A DNA stretch of 20,000 nt, taken from the NCBI GenBank assembly GCA_023231475.1, contig JALJEE010000986.1, forward strand, positions 55,425-75,424, given 5' to 3'. The number at the start of each line of letters is the position of its first letter. Within the stretch, counting starts at the first letter, position 1. Of the stretch, positions 1 to 10,417 are shown piece by piece. A program made the translations under genes and the position numbers. This stretch comes from Seison nebaliae. Lineage: Eukaryota. The notes under the pieces were generated by a model, which searched no databases, was not told the DNA's origin, and saw nothing but the letters and a program-made list of their open reading frames with translations.

Positions 1-39
1 GGGCACTTATTTTAGTGATGGAGAATTGTTTGTTTTTAG

Positions 40-1731
40 TAAATTGAATCGTCATTCATCGACATTCATACGAGAACCGATCGAATTGGGAGAAGATCGA
101 ACTTGGTTCAAATTGAGAAAGAATCAGGAAGAAACTATTAAACCGATTCGTCGTTTAGTCGACATTACTCAATGTTCCTCACATTATCAGATGAGTGAAG
201 GAGAAGTTCGATTAAGTTCGTTGAATCTTTTCGAACATAATCTTTCGGAAGGCGAGTTAAAACGCGAAGATAAATCGAAGAAATTTCAGAGAAGAAAATT
301 AAAAAAAAGTTTTTTTTTAATTTTTAAAAAAATTTTTTTTTTTTATTTTCATCAATTTTAGATCGCCGATCACGTCTACAAGTGAAATATTGTCCCATTT
401 GTCATTTGTTGATAAGAGGAGGAGTGAATGATTCGAGAATCGATGAGGAATATGAGTCGACGATATCATCGAACAGAAATAATGAGAAAGAAGAAATGAT
501 GAAGAAAATATCTTCTAAATCGAAAACATGTGAAGTTGATGATGATACGAATATATATCAAGATGAAGAATTCGATGATGATGATGATGATGATGATGAG
601 AATCATATGATAAAGGATGTTTTAGAAGAAGAGAAGGAAGAAGAGAATATATTGCCATTATTGGGCATGAATAATGCTCAAGAATTAGAGAAGAAGAATA
701 GTCTTTATTCACCACAAAAGAAACATATAATGGAAAATGAATTTCGTATTTTAGGAAAGTCGAATGATTCGAACGAATCAGAAGTCGATGGGAAAAGTGA
801 AGAAATTGAGAAAGATTCATTTGTTCGATTGATTAAAGAGCAGAAGTCATCAATTCCTATTGATAATTCAATTCTTGGAATCGTTAATGATGACGACGAT
901 GACGATGACGAGAAATTGGATGATCGAATGGCAACTGAATTAGAGAATATTTATAATGGAAATGCTGATGATCAATTGAAAGAGGGATCATCAAACGATT
1001 CTTCAAGTTTAACATTCAAAAATGTCTTTCCACAACAAGACGAAATAGAATCGTCAACTTCAGGAACTTTATCTTTAACTTCTCCATCGAATGAGAAGAA
1101 AATAAATTCGTCCAATATTCATGCGACTTCCCAAGGTGACAATGAAGAAAGAGATTCATATAATAAATTTTTTAATCAATTAAACTCTAATGGAAATCAA
1201 CGGCAACAACCTAATAACAATAATAACAACAAGAATAATCATCATCAACGACGACTCACGAGAATAATAGCGACGGGACCGGACGCTGTAAAGAAATATC
1301 AGGAGAAATTCAACAATTCAATTCCGGTGAATGGAAATCATGATCGTTATTCGGAGAAAGATTCGGATAATTTGAATAATACCATCGATTCGTTGAGTTA
1401 TGGAATTACGTTTTTGAAGGAATATGATTCTCCAGAAATCAATTCCACTCAGACATTGACAATAACAGAAATGGACGAAGTGGATCGTTGTGAGAAATTG
1501 CCATTACTTATTTATTCTTCATCATTATCATCATCTCAATCATCGTCACCTGAACGTCGTCAAGATGATCATCGAAGTATTTCCGTTTCGCCAGTAAAAC
1601 ATCGAAAAAGGAAAAATAAAAAGAAGATTGAATTGGAGGAATTGGATGAACAACGTCGTTCTGAAGAGAATGAAACGAAAAAAACAATTGGACGACATCT
1701 CTCAATTCGATTAGAAGAGAAATTAGAATAA
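40..1731 (+). CDS. 3' part of an uncharacterised gene encoding a low-complexity acidic/Asn-rich protein; exons ~40-308 and 362-1731, 5' end probably outside the window
   Basis: The 111-aa and 449-aa ORFs join in frame across a 53-nt GTT..TAG intron (309-361), giving ...RRKLKK-N-RRSRLQVKYCPICHLL.... A candidate acceptor TTTTAG ends at 39 and the stop TAA ends at 1731. The protein has one CxxC, poly-D/E and poly-N tracts and a basic cluster KHRKRKNKKK. No family was recognised. Confidence 0.7.
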
Positions 1732-2528
1732 TTTTATTGATTAATCTCATTCTTTGATAAAAGTGTTTGCTTTTCTTTTCGAATAAATTGCTTATAAATG
1801 AAATTGGGGAAATTTGTCTTCCCTCGCTACTATAGTAATGTTGATATTTGTCATGAAATCTGGAATGATTAAATGATGATTAATTTGTTGAGAGGAAAAT
1901 AATTGGAGAAATTAAATTGAAACGAAATTTAGTTTTGTTTCGACGTTTGTTAAGATGAAGATCGACAAAAGAAATCGATAAGAAAAGAAATGATTTGTTT
2001 CAAATGATAAAATGTTTGAAAATTAAATTTCTGATTATAAATAATAAAGTTTAATAATAATTGGGAAGTAGATGGAATATTGAAATAAATAAAATGGAAA
2101 CAAAACAAAAAAAAAGAGAGAGAGATAATTGTCTTTTCAACAATGAATATATTAGAAGGACTAACGGTGAATGAGCAATGTGTATCGAGAGATACTCAAT
2201 ATGATACTCATGTCTCAACTAATAAAACTTTTCCGCTTTCCATCAATTTCTAATAGATGACTCCTGAAAAGAAAAACGGGAAAAATAAATAGGAATTCTC
2301 ATAATTTACTTTATCGATAAAATGGAAATTTATCGAATTTCTCATTCTCAATGGAAAATAAATACGGATAAACTGAAAGAATTATGTGAGTAGATCGAAA
2401 ATGTGAGTGCATGCACGTACAAATGGAAGAGAGAGAGAGAGAAAGTTCAATTCTTTAACTTTCTATTGTTTAGAATAATGAATAATAATTCTCAGACAAA
2501 AAAATTTTTTTTGATTTAAAATTCAAAT

Positions 2529-4539
2529 TTAACTCTTCTTCCGATTGTTTCGATTACCTCCACCGTTATTCTTCCGATTTTGATTATGATGAGTATTTGT
2601 CGCATCCAAATCTTCCATTGAACCTTTCGTTCGCTTATTATTCTTCTTCTTCTCATTATTTTGATTAGTCTTATTATTCTTCTGTTGTTGTTGTTTGTTG
2701 TTGTTGTTATTATTATTATTATGTTTCGTATTCTGATTATTCTTATTCTGTTGAGTTTGTTTCGTTTGTTTGTTTTGAGTTGGAGGTTGTTGAGGAGGAT
2801 TTTGTTGTTGTTGTTGTTGTTGTTTCTGATTATTAATCGGTTGAATTGTTGGTTGTGGTGGTGTGGATGTGACATGAGATGTTACTACTGATTCCGGTGT
2901 AGCGACTGGACAAATAACTTTCTCCATTGTCTCCTCTAAATAATCTTCATATCTATTAAAGGTAATTAATTAATTAATTAATTTAAATAAAATTTTAATG
3001 AAACTTTAGCATCTTTTTTGCTTCACCTTGAAATATCGCCATTCCTAACGGTATGATGAGACATAGAGGAACAATATACAAGAGAGCCGGTTGAGCGTGT
3101 TTGAAAATGGTCATAACAATGACAGTGATACATAACGCTAAAATATAGGCAGCTAATGTGGTATAGAAATAGAGTTTTGATCCTTCATTGAATGCATCGT
3201 CATTATCCAAATCTTTATCGTCGTTAATGATAGTTTTATATAATAAATCTCTTTCCAAACAAGCCGTATTCTTATTCCCATTATTATTATCAGTATAATT
3301 ATTATTATTAAAATTTTTCTTCCGATGTCCATTCTCTTTCTTCCGAATTTTACTCACTAATTTACTAAAAAAGAAAATTTAAAAAATTTAAAAAAATTTT
3401 ATTCGTACAAACCTGACGTCATATCGGAGAAGAAGTGCGATAAATATTCCCGGAACGACGATATCACCCAAACCGAGCATAGCCAGATTTTCAGCGTTTA
3501 GACCTTTCTCCAAAATATCTTGAGGGAAAATCAATTTAATCGGCGCCTTAAATTGAACGGCCACTGAAACCATCACATTCGTTCCAAAAACCTACAAATA
3601 ATTCCCATGAAATCCAAATAAGACGGAAAATTTTTAACCCAGAATATATCGTAAAGAAATAATCCACTTAAGAGAATGATTCCAGGAAGTAATCGATCGA
3701 TATGTAAAATTTCGATGCTGTTAATTGCCAGAGCCAAACCGAAAATGTTATTAGCAATCCAATGCTGGGAAAATAGAAAAGATGAAGAAAATAATAAAGA
3801 AAAAAAACCTTTTCATAATAATACCAGATACCAACAGCTGTGGAGAAGATACAGCAGAAAATGTTTCCAGTTGAGAATGAGATTTTACTCCAATCTTTAG
3901 AAAAAAGAAATGATGAATTTGAAAAAAAAAATGGAAAACTTTTGGGCCATCCAGTCGGTTCCGTATTTTCTGTAAAAATGATGGAATAATATTTCATTGA
4001 GCAAGAATATTTCGTGAGACTATGGAAGACACTTCCAAGACTTCGTGCCAATGCACTAATTCCCAGAAAAACGAAATAAACATCGACCACTTTGTCTAGC
4101 GGATCTTTCGGACATAACTAACAAAAATTAATTGAATTAATTCATAAATTTATCTTGAGATTATTTGACTAACAATGAAAATGATATAAGTGGAGAAGAG
4201 TGCAATCGATGCAATCAACGGGAACATAGCGGCGTCTGCACTTGTCATCTTTTCGGGTCGAGTTCCAGTCACTTTAAGTTGACGAATTTGTCGTTGTACT
4301 GAACGAACGGAACGTTTACTTCCAATATAAACAGCGAAAACGGCCATAAACAATAGGGAGATATAGGCCAATAACATTCCTTCCGTCGTCGACGGTTTTC
4401 TCGTCGTCGTATTGTTGATAGCAGTTCGATTGATGACTTTGGCTTTCAAAATCTCCGTTAGATTATTCCTCACAAATTGGATGGCTAATCGAGTGTAATT
4501 TTGGAGATTCTTCATATCCATCAGATCTTTCAATGTCAT
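2529..4539 (-). CDS. HM13: Signal peptide peptidase (minor histocompatibility antigen H13 homolog, GxGD aspartyl intramembrane protease), 7 exons: 4539-4174, 4117-3940, 3894-3809, 3764-3639, 3591-3413, 3364-3005, 2952-2529 (~572 aa)
   Basis: The spliced translation has the catalytic GLFLYDIFWVFGTNVM and MLGLGDIVVPG motifs, HAQPALLY, HWIANN, APIKLIFPQD and an N-terminal PSTTEG-LAY segment typical of SPP. All six introns (44-56 nt) are GT..AG and keep the frame. The first in-frame ATG is at 4539. Confidence 0.95.
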
Positions 4540-4612
4540 GATTGGAACGATCGTCAATATGATTGAAGTGAAAACTGAGTATTGAAAAAAACTAAGGAGA
4601 AAGTTCTGACTG

Positions 4613-4633
4613 TGAATGAATGAATGAATGAAT
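4613..4633 (+). repeat. (TGAA)n microsatellite upstream of HM13
   Basis: About five tandem TGAA units read directly from the sequence. Confidence 0.8.
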
Positions 4634-4896
4634 GGGAGGAAGGAATGAGATTGGATAGGAAGGAAGAAGAAAAATAGAAAATGGGAAAATTAATGTGTGG
4701 ACGAATGAAAAAAATTGGAACAATTGATATATTCATTTGACATAGGAAAAAAAAGTATACATATGTGTGGGGGAATTATGCAAGAGAATAGATAAAAACG
4801 GATAAAACTAGTATTCCATATGTGGCTATAAGCTGAAAAGTTAAATTTGAAGAAAAAGTTCGAAAAAATTTTATAGAATAATTATCTCGAAATGTC

Positions 4897-4940
4897 ATTG
4901 TTATGGCAACGACATGAATCTCATAGTGTCGCTTAGCAAT
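4897..4940. promoter_or_regulatory. Two RFX X-box-like elements in the divergent HM13/MAPK15 promoter region
   Basis: ATTGTTATGGCAAC (4897-4910; reverse GTTGCCATAACAAT) and GTCGCTTAGCAAT (4928-4940) resemble the 14- and 13-bp X-box consensus (GTTGCCATGGCAAC / GTTGCCTAGCAAC). They lie ~205-245 bp upstream of the ATG of a cilium-associated kinase gene. Confidence 0.5.
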
Positions 4941-5143
4941 TAATACACAAATAATTGCAAGAAAGCGTATCAACCTCAATTCGATTCGATTCATGAACAC
5001 CACAACAGCAAACAGAGAAATTTTATAAAACTTATTATTTTTATTTTGGAAACTCCTTTTTCTTCTTCCCGACCTTATCCTTCTCCTTCTTAACCAAAGA
5101 CGAAAAATACATTACATCTCTTACATTCCATACATGTGATAGG

Positions 5144-8100
5144 ATGAGTAATAATGGTATTGACGATCAAGTGTTGGAACGATATGAAATGAACAAACGT
5201 CTTGGTCGAGGAGTTATCCGTCTTTCATCTCCTTCTTCCTTTCTCCAATCCAAATATATTGTAGGCTTATGGAATCGTATGGAAAGCAATTGATAAACGG
5301 ACACAAGGCACTGTGGCTTTAAAGAAGATCTTTGATGCATTCCGCAACAAGACTGATGCACAACGAACTTACCGTGAAGTCTGGTTCTTATGTCGATTCA
5401 ACTCACATCCAAATGTCATCAGATTACTTGATATAATGAAAGCACAAAATAATAAGGATCTCTATCTCGTCTTCGATTTTATGGGTTTCTCCTTCTTACA
5501 CTTCTTACAAAAACTCATTCTCTTCTAAAACAGAAACTGATCTTCATCGACTAATCAAAAGAAAGAACGTACTACATGACATGCATAAAAGATATATTAT
5601 GTATCAATTATTCAAATCAACTTATTATCTTCATTCTGGTGACGTTATTCATCGAGATCAAAAAGTTAATTTGTGTCAAACAAAAAAAATCTTTAATTTA
5701 AATTCTTCCCTCCTTTAGCCATGTAACATTCTGTTGAATAAACAATGCGTCCTCAAATTGGCCGATTTCGGATTGGCTCGCTCAGTTAATGAGACAGCGG
5801 AAACAAACCCCGTCCCATATACCGAATATATCGCTACTCGATGGTATCGGGCACCGGAAATTTTATTAGCATCAAAAACGTTAAGAAAATTTGTTTCAAG
5901 AATTTCTTACTAAATTATCATCCAGTTATACGAAAGGTATCGATATGTGGAGTATTGGTTGTATTTTAGGCGAATTGTATTTGAATGAACCAATCTTCCA
6001 AGGAACGAACACATTGAACCAGTTGGAAAAAATTCTCGTTTATATGCCAAAACCGAGTAGTGAAGGTTCCTCTATATTCAATAAATCAATATCCTCTATC
6101 TATATAAATCAATTTTTCAATTCTTTTTCGAAATAGATATCGAAAGTTTACAAACGAATTATATGGAATTTTTACGGAATCAACCATCAAAGTTAAAAAT
6201 TCTTCTAAATTTTCTTGTCAGTTCCTAAGACCTTTAATTGAGAAATGATAAAAACATTTAATGTTGAAATATTTGAAATGAAAAAAAACGTAATTTATTT
6301 TTATTGAAATGTTTCTAGGGAATTTTATCGAAAACGTTTAGAAGATTTAGTTCCGAATATGCCAAAAGATGCGATGGATCTTTTTATAAATTTATTAAAA
6401 ATAAATCCAAAGAAGCGTTTAACTGCATTGGAATGTATGCATCATATTTATGTTGCCAGGTTGATTTTCACTAGATTAAATGAATGATGTGATAGTCGAC
6501 AAAAGATTCTATAACAAAAATGATGAGAATGTTCTTGATGAACCAGTGACGCCGGATTTGAATGATAATACTCAATTGTCAATCGATGAATATCGTCAAC
6601 GGATTTATTTAGTTAATTTCTAATTCAGTTTATTTTTGAATAATTATGTTGGAATTATTTCAGATGTGCAACCAATTGAGAGAAAGCAGTCGAACAGAAA
6701 AGTTACATCGACGGTCGAAAAGTCGAAATCAGTTAGATGAGAATAGTAAGCGGTATTCGAATTCACAAGTTGCGAAATCGGCGGTCAGTTATCATCGTAA
6801 TTATGGAAAAGAGGGAAAAAATTATGAGAAAGATGATCATCGAAACGAATCGAATGATCGAGATAATTCAAAGAAGAAGAGAAATAGTCGTCTTCATATC
6901 TCAGAATCGACGAATTCTTTATTACATTATGGTGGGGGTAATAATAATGAGGGACGACATCGATTGAAATCGTCGACAACTCACCAGTATGGCAATCAAC
7001 AATATCTGAATGACAGTGATGAGACATTGAAATCTGATCAGGATAATTTATTGTCATCAGCATTCCTCCAACCGGTATCTAATCAAAGATCTCATACTCA
7101 ACAAAACAACAACAGCAACAATAATAGTTCAAATTATTATTATCCATCGTCGTCTTCTCATCATCAGTTGCAACAACCATCACAACATCGAGTACAATAT
7201 CAATATAATCCGAATCGAATAGTCTCCAACTATATTAGTCAAAATGAAACGGAAACTAGTAAATTAAGAAGATCTCAATCATTTTCCACTCGAAATACTC
7301 GTCAATGTTTTCTTTTTCTTCTTTCTCTTTTCATATAATTCTCTCTCTTTCTAAAGATAATGATCAACATCGTCATTATGCCGGTCATCAACATTATGCA
7401 CATCCAACTAATCCGTCGAAGTTATCCGCCTATAATAGAATTAAAGACAAATCTTCAGCGCCTTTACAACGGACAAGTGAACAACGATATCTTCGATCAT
7501 ATCATCGTTCAAGTGGGAATTATGGACATTCGGCTAATCCACAACCAGGTTACGGAGTACAAACAGTTTCGTTTGGTCAAAAGAATTCGAGAAGAAATTC
7601 AACAAGTGATAATCATTATGGAAAAGATGATAATCATCGTTCACTGTCTCGCACATTGCCACATGATTATTATAATGATAATCATGTGAATAATAATGAG
7701 AATCAATATCGATATACTACTAATCATTACGAGAAGACATCGAATAATTCAGTTAATCAATTACCGAATGGAGTGAATTATTATCATCATCCAATTAAAC
7801 GTGATCATTCAAGTAAACGATTGTACAAGCAAAATTCAACACCACCATCAACAACAACAACAGCAACAACAAATAGTATTAACTATCCATCTTTAAATTC
7901 ATATTATTATCAACAATCACAGAATGAACCTAATTACGATTCTGCCACTCAATATTATCGAACAACACCATCCAGACTATTGAACACCAACAACAGCAAC
8001 AATAACAATACGAATAAGAATCGTACTTCATTATCATCGTTAAATAAGACAACAGATAATCGAAATAATTATTCATCAAAAACTCATAGTAACAGCAACA

Positions 8101-8321
8101 ATAACAACAACAACAATAATAATGTAGTAACATTTAGTAAAACGTTTGACGTGATCAATCCAAAGAATGGTAATGATAATTCTTATAATCTTGTGAATTC
8201 ATCAAGTAGCAATCAGTGGCATCCAAACGGGAAGACACGACACCACTTACTGAGTGGATCACCCAGAAATCGTCGATCTTCCAAGAATACTCCCAAGAGC
8301 AGTAATCGTCAAAATTCATAA
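5144..8321 (+). CDS. MAPK15: Mitogen-activated protein kinase 15 (ERK7/ERK8), 10 exons: 5144-5212, 5265-5484, 5534-5664, 5719-5879, 5926-6065, 6137-6191, 6319-6459, 6506-6611, 6664-7306, 7357-8321 (~876 aa)
   Basis: The spliced kinase domain contains [34 protein letters not shown] (ERK7 signature), HRDQKP (the Q is typical of MAPK15), DFGLAR, the activation loop [13 protein letters not shown] and YTKGIDMWS. Nine GT..AG introns keep the frame, and a long N/S/Q/H/Y-rich tail follows. Confidence 0.95.
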
Positions 8322-8982
8322 ATTATCACCCCTTCACATACGTAAAAATCAGAAACTGTAGTTATCTGACGTGCACAACCATCGTGACTTTACCACAATA
8401 TAAATAGAAATTATTTTCAAAATACTTTTCTCCGATTTTCTTATTGACCAATAAAATTTATTCAATATCTCTATACTATAATATTTAAGATTATTCGAAA
8501 AAAATTTTTTTATCAAAATTAATAATTCACATTATTTGTGAAAAAAATTATTCCAAATAATTAGAAGGAATTAGAGGAATTATAACGTTATGGATTTCTT
8601 CAGATAATCCAAAAAAATTATTTAAGGTTAAAAGTGGAACTTAAATTTTTCGATTATATGGAGAAAAAATTCAATTTGAATCACATTGAACATGGTGTCA
8701 AATGTCAATCTTTTATGTAGTGCCAGAATATATATAGTATTATATTTCGCTCATTACTGAAACTTTTGGGAATTCATATGTAAGGGTGCTGGAAAGGGAA
8801 TGTTTATTATAATAGAAGAAATAAACAAAAAAATTTTAATGACAAGAAATGATGACAGATGTCGTTATTAAATGAGGCAAAAAGGTATTGAAGAGAGTCA
8901 ACCCTATCAGTTATATCCAGCAAGTTTCCAAATTACAGTTTAAAATGTTTGTCCTTTATAATAAAGAAAATTTTATGTCCAT

Positions 8983-9038
8983 GCTGTAGAGTCTACAGAT
9001 GTCTACAGTGTAGACTCTACGGCTCTACAGTGTAGAGC
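8983..9038. repeat. Cluster of nested palindromes built from TCTACA/TGTAGA units
   Basis: 8983-8997 pairs with 9009-9023 (15-bp stem, one G-U/mismatch). Further palindromes with 1-nt centres lie at 8984-8998, 9001-9015 and 9022-9038. Confidence 0.85.
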
Positions 9039-9239
9039 ACGTTCGGTTATATTAGAAAAACGAAACGTTACAAAATACAAATTGTTTTTTCGAATAATAT
9101 AATTATTATTGAGCGTTTTTTTAAAGTGGATTTCTGACTTCTGGATTTTTGCATTTTTGGATCAACTATATATTATTTTGGTCGTGTTCGATAAGGTATT
9201 AGGTGCGATCGATTGTTTCAGTAAAAGCTGGATTATAAG

Positions 9240-9960
9240 AGAATCTTTGAATCGTGATAAACGATAATATCTGACGCTATGGGTAAGAATAGAATGTGTG
9301 TGAAACAGATAATGAGAGTACGAAAGAATGAGTGGTAAATAGATTGAAATCAGTAACCTAGGTATTTAGATAAGCTTATCTCTAAGAGAAAGAATACGAC
9401 GACACATGAGAATGGGAAGTGGTAGGAGATTCACAGTGCTGGAAGATGAGAAGAAAAATGACTGTATGAATATCGTACAAGTATGTATTTTGAGGCCAAA
9501 AAATGGGTTCGAGAAAATTGTTCCATTTGTCCTCGGGAAAGAGGTTTATGAAAGAATGGTGTGTGGTCGATGATTCGTCGGGGTTCTTACTTTTCATACG
9601 CTACAGCTTCACGACTTCTAGATTTGAGTCGCTTATCAATCGAGCGACGTTAGATGAGGTGGTCGACGGATAGAAGTTCGTTACCAACACCGAACCCAAA
9701 GTAGGCTTGAGAGGACGAAATTGTTCACCGAGGTTACGCAAAGTAGCAATTGGTACTATTCTTATTCTTCTTATTCGTTGTTAGGGGGTTTTTTGATGGA
9801 TGTTGCGTTCGTAGACTCACAAGGGAATGGTACGAGTTCGCATCCGCTGTTTGACTCCAAAAAGATCATGCAGATAGGATAGCGTAGACCACTGCGCTAC
9901 GCACGCCCTACGCAATCAAACGGCCCGATTTGATTTCCGAGCGATAGCGCCCGAGCGAGA
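9240..9960 (-). mobile_element. Decayed non-LTR retrotransposon (CR1/L2-like) ORF1 RRM-like region, possibly followed by a relic of the APE endonuclease start; boundaries approximate
   Basis: The minus frame reads SVLVTNFYPSTTSSNVARLISDSNLEVVKL*RMKSKNPDESSTTHHSFINLFPEDKWNNFLEPIFWPQNTYL. This matches the remembered LINE ORF1 pattern LFV..L.P.TT...V.....SF.......L.P.FWP and has one in-frame TAG. Downstream fragments ILSLRDKL and LIICFT recall the endonuclease N-terminus. The region is intronless and higher in GC than its flanks. Confidence 0.65.
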
Positions 9961-10417
9961 GTGATAAGAAAGTTTCCTGAAGTAGCACCAACATTTGTTC
10001 GTTGGAAACTCTTTTCAGTTTTGATTTTTTTTCGATCAGGGGAATATTTTCGGCCAATCTTATCCTAAAGAGGACTCATTTTTTAAAAAATTTTTGACCT
10101 ATACGCAAGGTTAACCGTCGCAGAATTCGGGAGAGTCGATTTTTACATATGTTTTGTATGTCGAATTCGATCATGTCAAAAGGCAATCAAATAATTGAAT
10201 ATAATATAATATATATATATAATATTTAATCAATATATAATACTAATGTAATATCATACAATGTCTGATGTACTAATGATTACTATTTATTAAAATTCCT
10301 GTTTGAGTAAATTATAATAGAGTGAAAAAAGTTTCCATTGTTCCTTACAGAGTTTAATAAAATTTAACAAAATCATTTTGGTTCCTATTGATCTGTCTTC
10401 CATTATTAATTTTAAAT

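Noticed and set aside
515..820. 101-aa antisense ORF with poly-His
   Set aside because: It is the antisense shadow of the (GAT)n poly-Asp tract in the plus-strand gene.
2516..2891. Overlapping ORFs 2516-2875 (-) and 2661-2891 (+, hydrophobic)
   Set aside because: These are alternative frames of the CAA/AAT triplet repeats in the HM13 last exon. Splicing phase selects the frame ending at 2529.
5650..5664. HRDQK instead of HRDLK, a possible kinase anomaly
   Set aside because: Gln at this position is normal for MAPK15/ERK7-8, and the catalytic residues are intact.
6737..8133. Ile/Met-rich and Cys-rich ORFs overlapping the MAPK15 tail
   Set aside because: They are frame-shifted or antisense readings of AAT/CAA repeats.
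8983..9038. Possible CRISPR-like or terminator repeat
   Set aside because: There is no spacer periodicity or cas gene, and the context is eukaryotic. It is kept only as a palindrome cluster.
9628..9720. Hairpin plus GATGAG...GAAA, suggesting a hammerhead ribozyme or ncRNA
   Set aside because: No intact CTGANGA core with closing stems was found, and the region is explained as antisense to LINE ORF1.
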